A stretch of DNA of 64,000 nt from a bacterium. GTDB taxonomy: Bacteria; SM23-31. Of this stretch, positions 32,002-43,474 are shown piece after piece. The stretch lies in NCBI GenBank assembly GCA_965249485.1, contig OZ252239.1, positions 1,440,001-1,504,000 of the forward strand. The letters run 5' to 3'. The notes beneath the pieces were generated by a model. The model searched no databases. It saw only the letters and a program-made list of their open reading frames with translations, and was not told the origin of the DNA. The number at the start of each line of letters is the position of its first letter. Positions within the stretch are counted from its first letter, which is position 1. The position numbers and the translations under genes are program-made.

Positions 32002-32929
32002 GCTGGAGTAATTTTGAAAACTTGACCTTCTTGGGTACGGGGCGAATATCGCGGATTATCCGGAACCACGACATCATTTTCAGGATGTAGAACGTAATGT
32101 CGATTTCCCACCAGAAAAATCCCTGCCTTGTTGAGCCAGGATATCGGTGGTGGTTATTATGCCATCCCTCGCCGAACGTCAGCAGAGATAGATATAAATT
32201 GTTTTTGCTTTCGTCACTGCTTATATACCGTTTTTTCCCGAACATGTGGGACAGCGAATTGATCGTACAGGTTGCATGAAACAGAACCACGGTAGAAATG
32301 AAAAATCCCCAAATCAGAAGTTGCGAGCCATTCGTCCCCAACGCAGGGTATGCGGTTTCTAAGTATTTTCCTAATCCGTAGATCGACACAGCTAATACTA
32401 TTGGTACAAGGGTGTAGAAACGGTCAAGAAACCGCAGCTCCGGGTATTGAGCAAGATCCTTGACGATACGAAGGTCGGTGCTATAATTGACTTTCGATGT
32501 TATCCAGCCGACATGACTCCAATAGAATGAGTGGATATGGGGAGAATGGACGTCACCTTCTTTATCCGAATGTTTATGGTGTTTCCGGTGATGTGCCGCC
32601 CACCATAACTGTCCTTTCTGGGCAGCGCTATTACCGATAAGAGCAAATAAAAATTGAAAAAGACGGCTCGTCTTGAATGTTCTGTGTGAAAAATACCGGT
32701 GGTAAAATGCAGTAATTGCGAACATTCGTATGGAATAAAGCGCAATGGCAACACCAATTGCTGTCCAGCTCCAGCCCACCCAGAGAAACCCGAAGCACAT
32801 GAGATGAATCCCGATAAATGGGATAAACCGTACCCAGTCTACCGAATAATCAGACGTGTTTTTGTCAATTGTATACTCGTGAGAGCTGTCAATCCAACGG
32901 GCTATTGACTTCAAAGAACTTAAATCCAT
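31982..32929 (-). CDS. Acyl-CoA (delta-9-type) fatty acid desaturase
   Basis: His boxes YHRYFSH, HHRKHH and GEGWHNNHH; AAGGAA RBS before MDLSS. Confidence 0.9.
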   Translation of the reverse strand: MDLSSLKSIARWIDSSHEYTIDKNTSDYSVDWVRFIPFIGIHLMCFGFLWVGWSWTAIGVAIALYSIRMFAITAFYHRYFSHRTFKTSRLFQFLFALIGNSAAQKGQLWWAAHHRKHHKHSDKEGDVHSPHIHSFYWSHVGWITSKVNYSTDLRIVKDLAQYPELRFLDRFYTLVPIVLAVSIYGLGKYLETAYPALGTNGSQLLIWGFFISTVVLFHATCTINSLSHMFGKKRYISSDESKNNLYLSLLTFGEGWHNNHHRYPGSTRQGFFWWEIDITFYILKMMSWFRIIRDIRPVPKKVKFSKLLQPTEISQ

Positions 32930-33307
32930 TTCATTCCTTGTTGTGATGTAAAATACAGTAGCGTAAATACAGAAAAACTTCCATATAAAGAAGTACCGAA
33001 TTGTATAATTAAGGCAGAAGATACCATATATATGCAATATTTCCAAACACTATTATGCACTCTTAAATGTTCGTAGAACTACAAAAGAGGAAATCAAAAA
33101 TGTACAAAACGGTCACTGCGGGTATATAATGATTGTTTGGGGCGGTGAACAGGAAGAATAATCTGTTGATTTTTTTTCGGAAAATAATTACCATAATACA
33201 TTAGATGTGGAGAGAAACAAAACCCCTGAATTCCACACAGCACGTCTTTGTGATTCTTCTGTACATCAGTAGTAATCGTGCCATATACATTCTTGATGGG
33301 ATATTTC

Positions 33308-35101
33308 ATGCCTGAGACACTTGTAGATTTGTTTTATCAGTCTGTGGAGCGCTATACGGATAAAACGGCTTTAATGCACAAGCAGGAAGGCGAATATAAG
33401 TCCATCTCGTATAGTGCATGCGGTGAAATAGTAACAGATTATGCATGCGGTCTTGCGCAAATTGGTGTTGAAAAGGGAGACACCGTCGCAATTCTGTCGG
33501 AAAACAGACCGGAGTGGGCGTTTTCCGATATAGCAGTGCTTTCATTGGGCGGTCTAACGGTTCCGGTGTACGGGACGCTCTCGCCAAAGCAAATTGAATA
33601 TATTCTTAACGATGCTCAATGTAAGTTTATTATTGTATCAAAACCGGAACATTTAACACTCATTGAGATGATTTTTAATAATCTCAAAAGTCTGAAAAAA
33701 ATCATAACACTCTTTCCTGAACATAATGAATTTTTAAAGATTACACATTATTTTAAAGATATTGTGGATATCGGTAAAAAAAACCGAACCAAAGACCATA
33801 AAGAAATTGAGCAAAGACGAATTGGAGCCCTTAATACTGATGTTGCAACGATCGTTTATACATCTGGTACGACCGGTGCGCCGAAAGGGGTTATGCTCAC
33901 CCATGGCAATATTCTCTCGAATATTGATGGTGTACTAAAGTGTTGTTTAGGAATAGAAAAAACGGATATTTTTCTTTCATTTCTACCGCTGAGTCACTCG
34001 TTTGAGCGGCTGGCGGGGTATTACCTGCCGCTTGCCGCAGGCTCTGTTATTGCATATGCTGAAAACATGCAGACCGTCAGAGAAAATATGCTTGAGGTTC
34101 AACCAACGATTATTACCAGTGTTCCACGTCTTTACGAAAAAATGTATGATGTGATTCAGGATAATGTCGCAAGGGGTTCGTTCGTAAAAAAACTACTATT
34201 CCACTGGTGTGTCCGGACGGGAAAAAAATATTATCTCAGCGAAAAAAGCGGGAATGTCTCAAATTCACTAAAAAAACGGTATGCGTTAGCCAATAAACTG
34301 GTTTTTTCCAAATTAAAGAAGCGGACAGGCGGAAAACTCCGGTTTTTTGTATCAGGCGGAGCTCCTCTTTCAAAGAAAATCGCGGAGTTTTTTGCCTATG
34401 CAGGAATAACAATTCTCGAAGGATATGGCCTGACAGAAACCTCTCCAGTGATTTCAATTAATCCTCTTGGAAATGCGAAGTTCGGTACAGTTGGAAAACC
34501 GCTTCCAAATGTTGAAATCAAGATTGCTGACGACGGTGAGATCTACACATTCGGCCCAAACGTGATGAAAGGGTATTTAAATAAACCGGAAGAAACAAAA
34601 GAAATAATCGATGAAAATGGATGGCTGCATACGGGCGATATCGGCTATATTGACGAAGAGGGCTATATAGTAATTACCGACCGGAAGAAAAATATTATTG
34701 TTACTTCCAGCGGCAAGAACATTGCTCCGCAACATATAGAAAACTTATTGAAAACAAGCCGGTTTATCGATCAGATTATGATGATCGGTGATCAACGTCG
34801 ATTTCTTACCGCACTGATTGTTCCCGACTTTGAAAATCTGAGTGTATATTTTACCTCGAAAAACATTTCTTACGGCACTTTAAAAGAACTTGCACGCCAT
34901 CCTGAAACATATAAACTGATCAACAGGGAAATTGAGAGGCTCTCCATCGATCTTTCCAATCACGAGTGCATTCAGAAGTTCAGTATTCTTGATGATGAAT
35001 TTACTCAGGCAAATGGAGAGTTGACACCAACCATGAAAGTGCGGCGCAGTGTAATTGAAATAAAATATAAGGATGATATTGAGAAAATGTATTCCGAGTA
35101 A
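33308..35101 (+). CDS. Long-chain fatty acid--CoA ligase (AMP-dependent synthetase)
   Basis: YTSGTTGAPKG, LPLSHSFER, GYGLTETSP, WLHTGDIG, DRKK, LTPTMKVRR. Confidence 0.9.
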   Translation: MPETLVDLFYQSVERYTDKTALMHKQEGEYKSISYSACGEIVTDYACGLAQIGVEKGDTVAILSENRPEWAFSDIAVLSLGGLTVPVYGTLSPKQIEYILNDAQCKFIIVSKPEHLTLIEMIFNNLKSLKKIITLFPEHNEFLKITHYFKDIVDIGKKNRTKDHKEIEQRRIGALNTDVATIVYTSGTTGAPKGVMLTHGNILSNIDGVLKCCLGIEKTDIFLSFLPLSHSFERLAGYYLPLAAGSVIAYAENMQTVRENMLEVQPTIITSVPRLYEKMYDVIQDNVARGSFVKKLLFHWCVRTGKKYYLSEKSGNVSNSLKKRYALANKLVFSKLKKRTGGKLRFFVSGGAPLSKKIAEFFAYAGITILEGYGLTETSPVISINPLGNAKFGTVGKPLPNVEIKIADDGEIYTFGPNVMKGYLNKPEETKEIIDENGWLHTGDIGYIDEEGYIVITDRKKNIIVTSSGKNIAPQHIENLLKTSRFIDQIMMIGDQRRFLTALIVPDFENLSVYFTSKNISYGTLKELARHPETYKLINREIERLSIDLSNHECIQKFSILDDEFTQANGELTPTMKVRRSVIEIKYKDDIEKMYSE

Positions 35102-35175
35102 GATTTTCGATATTATTCGATTTGTCTCAGACAAATAGTATTATTATATAATGATACAATGGAACAGGTAATTGT

Positions 35176-36717
35176 GTGACTCCCAATAAAGTTAAACTGA
35201 TAATAGGAATAACATTTCAACACGATAATCAACTTGAATTGGTTGAACGATATGTAACTGAACAATTCGGTCCAATCGGTGCAAAATCAGCGGTATATCC
35301 ATTTTCATTTACTGACTATTATACAGAGGAAATGGGTACCGGTCTCAGTAAGATATTACTCAGCTTTGAACGGCTTATTTCCCGTGAAAAACTCTCATTC
35401 TGCAAACATCGAACAAACCTTTTTGAAACCGAGACATCACGGAATGGCAAACGGACAGTCAATCTCGATCCCGGATATATCGGTGAAGCAAATCTTGTAT
35501 TGGCGAGCACCAAAAACTATGCACACCGTATCTATCTCGGTGAAGGAATTTTCGGTGATTGCCACCTGGTTTTTGAAGACGGAGCGTTTCATCCGCTTCC
35601 CTGGACTTATCCCGATTATCAAGAGAAGTCTATTCTGAATTTTCTAGCGGATGTCAGGAATAGCTATGTCAAAGAAACGCAGCAGGAAGACACCAACGCA
35701 ACCGATACATCAGCCCTTTCCTATCGTGATGCAGGCGTCGATATTGAACGGGGAGAAGAAGCTGTTCAAAGAATTAAGGCACGGGTAAAAAAAACGTACG
35801 GTAAGAATGTACTGACTGAGCTGGGAAAATTCGGGGGGTTTTATGCACCGGACTGGGGCGAATTTGAGGAGCCTGTCCTTGTTTCAAGTGTTGATGGTGT
35901 TGGTACCAAGCTCAAAGTTGCATTTGCTTCGGGCGTTCACCATACGGTTGGAAATGATCTTGTTAATCATTGCATAAACGATATTCTGTGTTGCGGAGCC
36001 AAACCGCTCTTTTTTCTTGACTATCTGGCATTCGGCAAACTAGATGTCGATGTGTTTGAGGCAGTAGTGTCGGGTATGGCAAACGGATGTGAGGATTCTG
36101 GCTGCGCTCTCATCGGAGGTGAAACAGCGGAAATGCCGGGATTTTACCGAGAAGGAGAATACGACATTTCCGGTACCATAGTTGGTATTGTTGACAGGAA
36201 ATCGATTATTGATGGGACTGCTATAACAAAAGATGATGTTATTATTGGCCTTCCTTCTTCCGGGCTTCATACGAATGGGTATTCTTTGGCAAGGAAAGTG
36301 CTCTTTGATTCCGCTGGGCTTGGTGTCAATGCACGCCTTTCCGGCCTCGATGCCTCTGTAGGTGAGGAACTTCTTCAGATTCACCGGTGCTACTATCCCG
36401 CTCTCTACGAAATTATTCATGAAAAGCATATCCATGGGCTTGCACATATAACCGGTGGTGGTCTTCTCGGCAATATTAGTCGGCTGCTCGAAGGCGGTTT
36501 AAGAGCAGACTTGGACTGGAATAGTTGGGAGTGGCTTCCGATTTTCAAGCACATTCAAGAATTTGGTTCCATATCCGACAAAGAAATGAGGCAGGTATTT
36601 AACCTCGGAATCGGTATGACCCTCATTTTTGCACCGGATCATGTCCAGGAAGTGCAGGAGCGATTGCAGCACATAGGTTTACCGGGAATTGTCATCGGAA
36701 CGATAACAGCAGAATAA
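35176..36717 (+). CDS. purM: DUF4416 domain fused to phosphoribosylformylglycinamidine cyclo-ligase
   Basis: aa 1-165 carry TDYY..EMG, RTVNLDPGY, LASTKNYAHRIYLGEGI and PWTYPDY (DUF4416). From aa ~182: SYRDAGVD, DGVGTK, GGETAEMPG, SSGLHTNGYSL, HITGGG and FNLGIG (PurM). Confidence 0.88.
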   Translation: MTPNKVKLIIGITFQHDNQLELVERYVTEQFGPIGAKSAVYPFSFTDYYTEEMGTGLSKILLSFERLISREKLSFCKHRTNLFETETSRNGKRTVNLDPGYIGEANLVLASTKNYAHRIYLGEGIFGDCHLVFEDGAFHPLPWTYPDYQEKSILNFLADVRNSYVKETQQEDTNATDTSALSYRDAGVDIERGEEAVQRIKARVKKTYGKNVLTELGKFGGFYAPDWGEFEEPVLVSSVDGVGTKLKVAFASGVHHTVGNDLVNHCINDILCCGAKPLFFLDYLAFGKLDVDVFEAVVSGMANGCEDSGCALIGGETAEMPGFYREGEYDISGTIVGIVDRKSIIDGTAITKDDVIIGLPSSGLHTNGYSLARKVLFDSAGLGVNARLSGLDASVGEELLQIHRCYYPALYEIIHEKHIHGLAHITGGGLLGNISRLLEGGLRADLDWNSWEWLPIFKHIQEFGSISDKEMRQVFNLGIGMTLIFAPDHVQEVQERLQHIGLPGIVIGTITAE

Positions 36718-36743
36718 GCAAAACGGAATAAGGACCAGTATAC

Positions 36744-37463
36744 ATGTATCTCAGGAAACTGATTCACGGATTAAAAACGGATCCGGTGGGCTTTGTAAAG
36801 CGGGCTTTCTTTAAGACAATTATCGGTCCTTTCAAGTATGGTAAGGATAATGGATATAACGCTTCGCAATACTGGAAAGACAGATTTTCTAAATATGGTT
36901 ATAACCTTCAGGGGGCGGGAGATGAATCGATATCCAGCGAAGACAACGAAAAGGTCAATCAGAGTGCGCGGGATGAATTTGAAGCAATTTTAAAGCAGGA
37001 AAACATTGATCTTTCCTGTAGCGACATTCTTGAAATCGGCGTCGGCAGTGCCTTTTTCACAGGAGTGTTATTCGAATTAGGAGCGCAGAAACTAACCGGT
37101 GTTGACATTACCGATGTTCTCTTTAACAAGCATAAGGAGAAATTCCCGGATTATATATTTCTTAAGCTGGATATAACAAACGACACTGTGGACGGTGTCT
37201 ATGATCTCATCACAATGATAGATGTTGTGCAGCACATAACGGAAGAAGCGAAGGTTACTGCTGCAATGGCTACTATAAAAAATTGTCTGAAACCCGGCGG
37301 GAAATTCTTAATCGGCCCGCTCGAAACAGAAAGTCAGAAGCACCATTTTTATGTGCACATATGGTCTGTAGAAGCTATAAAACATTTTTTTAATGATTGT
37401 AGTATAGATAGGGAAATCCCTTTCAAAGGCAGTACTTTACTGCTCATAAGGAAACCAGAATAA
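36744..37463 (+). CDS. Class I SAM-dependent methyltransferase
   Basis: ILEIGVGSA motif I, GVDIT, YDLI...DVVQHI, LKPGG. Confidence 0.85.
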   Translation: MYLRKLIHGLKTDPVGFVKRAFFKTIIGPFKYGKDNGYNASQYWKDRFSKYGYNLQGAGDESISSEDNEKVNQSARDEFEAILKQENIDLSCSDILEIGVGSAFFTGVLFELGAQKLTGVDITDVLFNKHKEKFPDYIFLKLDITNDTVDGVYDLITMIDVVQHITEEAKVTAAMATIKNCLKPGGKFLIGPLETESQKHHFYVHIWSVEAIKHFFNDCSIDREIPFKGSTLLLIRKPE

Positions 37464-37514
37464 CATTACATAAGTCTGTCATATATCCAACTTAATCTTT
37501 TATCTGAATAATCT

Positions 37515-38141
37515 ATGCTTACACTTGGTACAATTATTTTAATTAGTTATCTTGTCGGCTCCATTCCGGCAAGTATAATTGTCAGTAAATTGTGGGGTGG
37601 AATCGATATAAGAGAACACGGTAGTGGTAATGCCGGTTCTACAAATGTTTTCCGGGTACTCGGCTGGAAGCCCGGAGTTCTTGTTGTCTTGATCGATTTT
37701 ACCAAGGGGATGTGTGCTGTCATCTACGTTGCCGGAATCAACCTTGGAGATGCGCCTTTCGGAAATGATCTGCTCCAGATCATAGCTGGCAGTACAGCTG
37801 TCGCCGGACATGTCTGGACAATTTTTGCCGGATTTAGAGGTGGAAAGGGCGTTATGACTACCGCAGGTGTTTACATGGGTCTTGCTCCGATAACAGCCCT
37901 GTTTTGCATGTCCTTATTTGCATTAGTTGCTTATGCCACACGAATAGTATCGATCGGATCGCTCACCGCGGCAGTTGCTTTGACAGTTGTAACAGTTGTG
38001 CGGAAATATTGGTTGCACCACGCCATCAGCACTCCGATTGTTGCGGTTACAATTCTCGTAAGTCTCTTGTTAATTTGCACACACATAAGCAATATTCAAC
38101 GATTGGTTCAGGGAACGGAAAATAAATTTGAAAAAAAGTAG
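37515..38141 (+). CDS. plsY: Glycerol-3-phosphate 1-O-acyltransferase
   Basis: YLVGSIP, DIREHGSGNAGSTNVFR, GH...F.GGKGV, HISNIQRLVQGTE. Confidence 0.95.
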   Translation: MLTLGTIILISYLVGSIPASIIVSKLWGGIDIREHGSGNAGSTNVFRVLGWKPGVLVVLIDFTKGMCAVIYVAGINLGDAPFGNDLLQIIAGSTAVAGHVWTIFAGFRGGKGVMTTAGVYMGLAPITALFCMSLFALVAYATRIVSIGSLTAAVALTVVTVVRKYWLHHAISTPIVAVTILVSLLLICTHISNIQRLVQGTENKFEKK

Positions 38142-39135
38142 TTTAAGTATTCTTGGCGGAGGTAGTTGGGGGACTGCACTGGCTTTGCAGCTTGCGCGGA
38201 ATGGCAGAAAAGTGACGTTGTGGGAATTTCAGCATGAACTTGCAGAACAGCTCTCATCAACACGTGAAAATAAAACTTTTTTGCCCGGATTTCTGCTGCA
38301 GGATTCTATTCATGTTACCGCTGAACTTGAAGAAGCAGTATCACTGAGTGAATATATAACCTTTGTTGTTCCTTCACACGTGCTGCGGTCTGTTGTTCGG
38401 AATGCACTGCCCTTTTTTGACAGTTCAAAAAAATTCATCAGTGCCACAAAAGGTGTTGAGACTGAGTCACAGATGCGGATGTCAGAGATTATTTGCCAAG
38501 AAGTACAAGATAGTGATTTCAACCGTATTGCCGTCCTTTCCGGGCCGAGCTTTGCCGAAGAAGTGGCGAGAGAGATTCCGACTGTTGTAGTAGCAGCTTC
38601 ACCTGATACTTCATTTGCACTGGAAGTTCAGGAATTGTTCATGTCGCCAGCATTCAGAGTATATGTGAATTCCGACATTATTGGCGTTGAGCTTGGCGGT
38701 GCACTTAAAAATGTTATGGCAATAGCAGCAGGCATTAGCGATGGCGTTGGATTTGGTGATAATTCAAAAGCGGCACTCCTGACACGCGGCATTGTTGAAA
38801 TGACACGGCTTGGTGTCGAGCTTGGTGCTGAACCGAAAACGTTTTCGGGGCTCTCCGGAATAGGGGATCTCATTCTGACGTGCATGGGTAAGCTCAGCAG
38901 AAATCTTTATGTCGGGCAGGAGATTGGTAAGGGGAGGAAGCTCGACGACATACTAAATGATATGGTGAATGTAGCCGAAGGAGTTAAAACAGCTCAATCG
39001 GTCAACGAGCTGTCGAAGCGGACGGGAATTGAAACACCGATTATGGATCAGGTTTATAAAATTCTGTTTGAAGGTAGCGAGCCACGCAGCGCAACGGTTG
39101 AACTCATGACCCGTGAGCCGAAAACAGAACATTGA
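38128..39135 (+). CDS. gpsA: NAD(P)H-dependent glycerol-3-phosphate dehydrogenase
   Basis: GGGSWGTALA, ATKG, LSGPSFA, GGALKNV, GDLILTC, SRN, AEGV. Confidence 0.95.
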   Translation: MKKSSLSILGGGSWGTALALQLARNGRKVTLWEFQHELAEQLSSTRENKTFLPGFLLQDSIHVTAELEEAVSLSEYITFVVPSHVLRSVVRNALPFFDSSKKFISATKGVETESQMRMSEIICQEVQDSDFNRIAVLSGPSFAEEVAREIPTVVVAASPDTSFALEVQELFMSPAFRVYVNSDIIGVELGGALKNVMAIAAGISDGVGFGDNSKAALLTRGIVEMTRLGVELGAEPKTFSGLSGIGDLILTCMGKLSRNLYVGQEIGKGRKLDDILNDMVNVAEGVKTAQSVNELSKRTGIETPIMDQVYKILFEGSEPRSATVELMTREPKTEH

Positions 39136-39195
39136 AAAAGTTTTTTCTCAGAACGATTATAAACATTAAAATTAATATGTTTCTATGAGGTCAGT

Positions 39196-40488
39196 GTGGA
39201 TTGGATAAATATTAAAAATGTAGCACAACACGCCGGTAAGGAGATTGAAATTAGAGGGTGGTTGTATAATAAAACCCACAAAGGCAAGCTCTGGTTTCTT
39301 ATGATCCGTGACGGTACCGGTACCATTCAGGGCGTTGTATTTAAAGGCGATGTAAGTGATGAGACGTTTCTGGATTGTGAGAAAATCACACAGGAATCTT
39401 CATTGATCATCATTGGTGTTGTTGCAGAAGATAAACGAGCAACGCTGGGCTATGAACTGCAGGTGCGCTCATTGAAAATTATCCAGATTGCTGAAGAATA
39501 TCCAATCACACCGAAAGAGCACGGAACCACGTTCCTGATGGACCACCGCCACCTCTGGCTCCGTTCGTCCCGTCAGCATGCGATTCTTAAGATTCGGCAT
39601 GAACTTATCAGGGCAAGTCGAGATTTCTTTGACAGCAGGGATTTTGTCCTGATAGACACACCCATCTTTACACCGGCAGCATGTGAAGGGACAACCACAC
39701 TCTTTGAGACCGGCTATTTCGGCAGCAAGGCTTATCTTGCACAGAGCGGTCAGCTTTACTCTGAAGCTGCGATAATGTCGTTTGGGAAAGTTTACACGTG
39801 CAGTCCTGCATTTCGAGCCGAAAAATCGAAAACACGACGGCATCTGACCGAATTTTGGCTTGTCGAGCCGGAAATGGCATTCTACGATCTTAACGAAAAC
39901 ATGGATCTTGCAGAACAACATGTGTGCTATATTGTAGAACGGGTCCTCGAAAACAAGCAGGAAGAACTTAAAATTATTGAGCGGGACACGAAACCTTTGG
40001 AAAACGTCAAAGCGCCATTCCCGAGAATTTCGTACGATGAGGCAGTCAAAATATTACAAGACGAAGGGATTGATTTTGAATGGGGTGGGGATTTTGGTGG
40101 TACTGATGAAACAATTTTATCGGAAAAGTATGATAGGCCGCTTTTTGTGCATCGGTATCCGGCAGCAATAAAAGCTTTTTACATGAAACGGGATGCCGAA
40201 AGAGAAGAACTCGCGCTCGGCTGTGATCTGCTTGCGCCTGAGGGGTATGGTGAAATGATTGGTGGCGGACAGCGGGAAGAAAATCTTGATATCCTTCTCA
40301 AACGGCTGAAAGAGCATAATCTGCCACAGGAAGCATTTGACTGGTATATCGACCTGCGAAAGTATGGCTCGGTTCCCCATTCCGGGTATGGTCTGGGAAT
40401 CGAACGGACATTGGCCTGGATATGTAAATTGAAACATGTGAGAGAGACGATTCCGTTTCCCCGGATGATGCACCGAGTAACTCCCTGA
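39196..40488 (+). CDS. asnS: Asparagine--tRNA ligase
   Basis: OB-fold N-terminus, [46 protein letters not shown]. Confidence 0.93.
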   Translation: MDWINIKNVAQHAGKEIEIRGWLYNKTHKGKLWFLMIRDGTGTIQGVVFKGDVSDETFLDCEKITQESSLIIIGVVAEDKRATLGYELQVRSLKIIQIAEEYPITPKEHGTTFLMDHRHLWLRSSRQHAILKIRHELIRASRDFFDSRDFVLIDTPIFTPAACEGTTTLFETGYFGSKAYLAQSGQLYSEAAIMSFGKVYTCSPAFRAEKSKTRRHLTEFWLVEPEMAFYDLNENMDLAEQHVCYIVERVLENKQEELKIIERDTKPLENVKAPFPRISYDEAVKILQDEGIDFEWGGDFGGTDETILSEKYDRPLFVHRYPAAIKAFYMKRDAEREELALGCDLLAPEGYGEMIGGGQREENLDILLKRLKEHNLPQEAFDWYIDLRKYGSVPHSGYGLGIERTLAWICKLKHVRETIPFPRMMHRVTP

Positions 40489-40576
40489 TCAGACGAGAGT
40501 GAATAGCATGGTTACCGATTATTTGATAGTGTAACAAGAATTACAACCCACGTTTTTTTCAAAAATATTTTTTCCC

Positions 40577-41098
40577 ATGAAAAAGCCAGATTCTGACTCA
40601 TCACAACCATTTTCATTTTCCGAATATATTACAAAGTTAGTCCACCGGAAACTCATTATTGCGGTGATTGGGGCAGGATCATGCAATAGGGACATTTACC
40701 GGTTTGCCGAAGATGTCGGTCGGGAAATTGCCATACGGGAAGGGATCGTAGTCTGCGGTGGTCTTTTCGGTGTTATGGAGGCGTGCTGTAAAGGGGCCAA
40801 ATCAGCCGGGGGATTAACCATAGGGATTTTGCCTGGAGTCGGTATTGATGAGGCAAATGACTATGTCGATATTCCGATTGCTACGGGAGAAGGGATTGCA
40901 CGGAATGCAATTATTGCTCATACAGGCAGGGCGGCGACTGCTGTTGACGGGAAATATGGGACCCTCTCGGAAATCGGATTTTTTCTGCAGTTGGGTAAGC
41001 CGGTTATCGGACTTCATACCTGGGATATTTCAGATGACATTGTAGCTGCCGAATCACCGGTTGACGCAGTAAATAAAGCGATTCAATATCTCGTTTAA
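40577..41098 (+). CDS. LOG/TIGR00725-type Rossmann-fold protein
   Basis: VVCGGLFGVMEA, TIGILPG, ARN, GTLSEI. Confidence 0.85.
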   Translation: MKKPDSDSSQPFSFSEYITKLVHRKLIIAVIGAGSCNRDIYRFAEDVGREIAIREGIVVCGGLFGVMEACCKGAKSAGGLTIGILPGVGIDEANDYVDIPIATGEGIARNAIIAHTGRAATAVDGKYGTLSEIGFFLQLGKPVIGLHTWDISDDIVAAESPVDAVNKAIQYLV

Positions 41099-41149
41099 AT
41101 TTATTACAAACCAGTCGATAACTAAACATTTGATTGAATAGAGTGTTTT

Positions 41150-41425
41150 ATGGACAGTTGTGTTCGAATAATCGTAACCGGTGTAGTTCAGGGAGTCGGT
41201 TTCAGATGGTTTGTTGAAGAGTCAGCGCTCGGACTGGGACTTACGGGATGGGTGAAGAACAGACTCGACGGTTCGGTTGAACTTGAAGCAGAGGGTTACA
41301 AGAATATGCTTAATGAGCTCATCAAAGTGCTTCATATTGGGCCTCGTGCCTCGACTGTTAAAGGAGTGAATGTGGAATGGAAGCCATATGAAAAAAAATA
41401 TAATTCATTTAAGATCACAATGTGA
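41150..41425 (+). CDS. acyP: Acylphosphatase
   Basis: GVVQGVGFR, LTGWVKN..DGSVE, GP. Confidence 0.93.
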   Translation: MDSCVRIIVTGVVQGVGFRWFVEESALGLGLTGWVKNRLDGSVELEAEGYKNMLNELIKVLHIGPRASTVKGVNVEWKPYEKKYNSFKITM

Positions 41426-41484
41426 TAGCGAGGTTCAATAGGGGCCTGTGTGTAAAAAAATGTAGGATCAGCAGGGAGATGAGC

Positions 41485-42009
41485 ATGACTGAATTAAGAG
41501 ATAAACTTCGCGTTGTACAGGATTTTCCAAAACCCGGTATTGGATTTTATGACATCACTACTCTGCTCAAAGACGGTCCTGCTTTTGCAGAGGCAGTTGA
41601 TATGTTCAGTAACCATTTTAACAATTACTCGTTTACGAAAATAGCCGGTATTGAAGCACGGGGTTTTGTTTTTGCCCCGGCATTAGCTTATAAGATGGGT
41701 AAAGGTGTCATTCTGATCCGGAAGCCGGGAAAATTACCTGCTGATACAATACGCGAGGAATATGAACTTGAGTATGGGACCGATGCAGTTGAAATGCATA
41801 CCGATGCAGTTGGAAATGGAGAAAATATTCTGGTAATTGATGATCTGCTTGCAACCGGTGGAACGGTCAGTGCAACATGCAGACTGATTGAACATGCTGG
41901 AGGAAATGTTTCTGGTGTGGGATTTCTGATTGAACTTGATTTTCTCAAAGGAAGAGATAAACTGCAACAATACGATATCTACTCGATGATCCATATTGGC
42001 GATGAGTAA
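41485..42009 (+). CDS. apt: Adenine phosphoribosyltransferase
   Basis: DFPKPGI.FYDITTL, EARGF, RKPGKLP, YELEYG, DDLLATGGT. Confidence 0.95.
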   Translation: MTELRDKLRVVQDFPKPGIGFYDITTLLKDGPAFAEAVDMFSNHFNNYSFTKIAGIEARGFVFAPALAYKMGKGVILIRKPGKLPADTIREEYELEYGTDAVEMHTDAVGNGENILVIDDLLATGGTVSATCRLIEHAGGNVSGVGFLIELDFLKGRDKLQQYDIYSMIHIGDE

Positions 42010-42059
42010 CGCGATAATACAAAAAAGGTTAATGTGGTGCAATCCGGAATGATATATCT

Positions 42060-42506
42060 ATGAAGGTTGTTGTTCAAAGAGTGAGCAGATCTCAAGTCGC
42101 GATAGACGGAAATGTCGTTGGTAAAATTGGGATGGGACTTACCATCTTATTGGGAGTGTCGGAAGGAGATACCGAAGATGATGCTGTTTATCTTGCAGAA
42201 AAGTGTGTCAATCTGCGTATTTTTAATGATGAAAAGGGTAAAATGAACCTTTCCGTTCTCGAAGTTGAGGGGGAATTGCTCTCGATTTCTCAATTTACGC
42301 TTTATGGTGATACGCGCAAAGGCCGCCGTCCGAGTTTTATCAAAGCAGCACCACCTGAACTCGGTGAAAAACTGTATGATTATTTTAATGATTGTTTGAG
42401 AAAAAGTGGACTGAACGTTGAAACAGGGGAGTTTGGTGCGATGATGGATGTCAATATTTGTAATGAAGGTCCTGTAACAATTATTATAGACTCAACTCAG
42501 AAATAA
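42060..42506 (+). CDS. dtd: D-aminoacyl-tRNA deacylase
   Basis: [29 protein letters not shown]. Confidence 0.95.
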   Translation: MKVVVQRVSRSQVAIDGNVVGKIGMGLTILLGVSEGDTEDDAVYLAEKCVNLRIFNDEKGKMNLSVLEVEGELLSISQFTLYGDTRKGRRPSFIKAAPPELGEKLYDYFNDCLRKSGLNVETGEFGAMMDVNICNEGPVTIIIDSTQK

Positions 42507-42543
42507 GATGATAGAAAAGTAATGTTCATTAAAGTTTATGGAA

Positions 42544-43014
42544 TCATCTGACTTCAATACTTACTTCCATATCAAACTATTTACCATCATCGAGTCTAAA
42601 AGGGATGACGAGAATAGGACTGTTGTGTTTATGTTTGATGACGTGGGCTTCACCTGAAACGAGGAGAGGAAGACTTATATTAAAAGGGTAACCAAGACCG
42701 GCAAATTCTACTTTTGCACTGCCGACTACAATATTGGCTAATTCGCCAACAATATCTTCGACTTCATCGTTAATTTCACTCACTGCCGTACCCATCATCG
42801 TTTCATAGAGCTTAAAAATTGTTTGAGTTGGAAAACTGAGAGCAACAGATCCTGATATATTAGCTTCTGCAAATCCGATAATTCCGGTTATATCACCACG
42901 TGTTGTCCGGTCTTTCTTGATAAATGGCGGCTTTTTTTCCGGAGTAAATCCTGCCATTGTCTGCATTGCTTTTTCGACTGCATTAATAAAAGGATTAATA
43001 AATTTTGTTTCCAT
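42544..43014 (-). CDS. cheX: Chemotaxis phosphatase CheX with an in-frame TAG (42577-42579) ten codons before the likely true end
   Basis: FINPF, DITGIIG, GELANIVVGSAK and ISLP. After the TAG the frame reads FDMEVSIEVR*, resembling the CheX terminal beta-strand. Confidence 0.85.
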
Positions 43015-43474
43015 TGAGGCCTCAAGTTGCATGAGTGATAGATTCTAATGTGTATTTCGTAGAATCATTACTAACAGCACTGAACTCTTGAGAGTTATAA
43101 AAAGGATTTCGTTTGTAATTTAAGGCGTATCTTAAATTTATTCAAGTATTTGGATAATATATTAAAAAAAATCTAAAAAATCAATCAGTTAGTAAAAGTT
43201 GCGATTCAGTGTATAATGATATCCTATTGAATTTTCGGTAGAATTATCGATCACATCTTCCTCTCGAACACTTGAAGCGCTGCAATTGCGGATAATACTT
43301 CATGTTGTGTCATCAATTTTGGTGTGCTCTTACGCCAAGAGTTCATATATTTTTGCTATATTTATCATGAATAATATTTGATTCGTTTGGGAATATCGAT
43401 ACGTTATGTATACTTAACTGAATTTTTGAAATATGTGTCACTGCCAGTATTAGTAGAAACAATAGAGTATAAAT

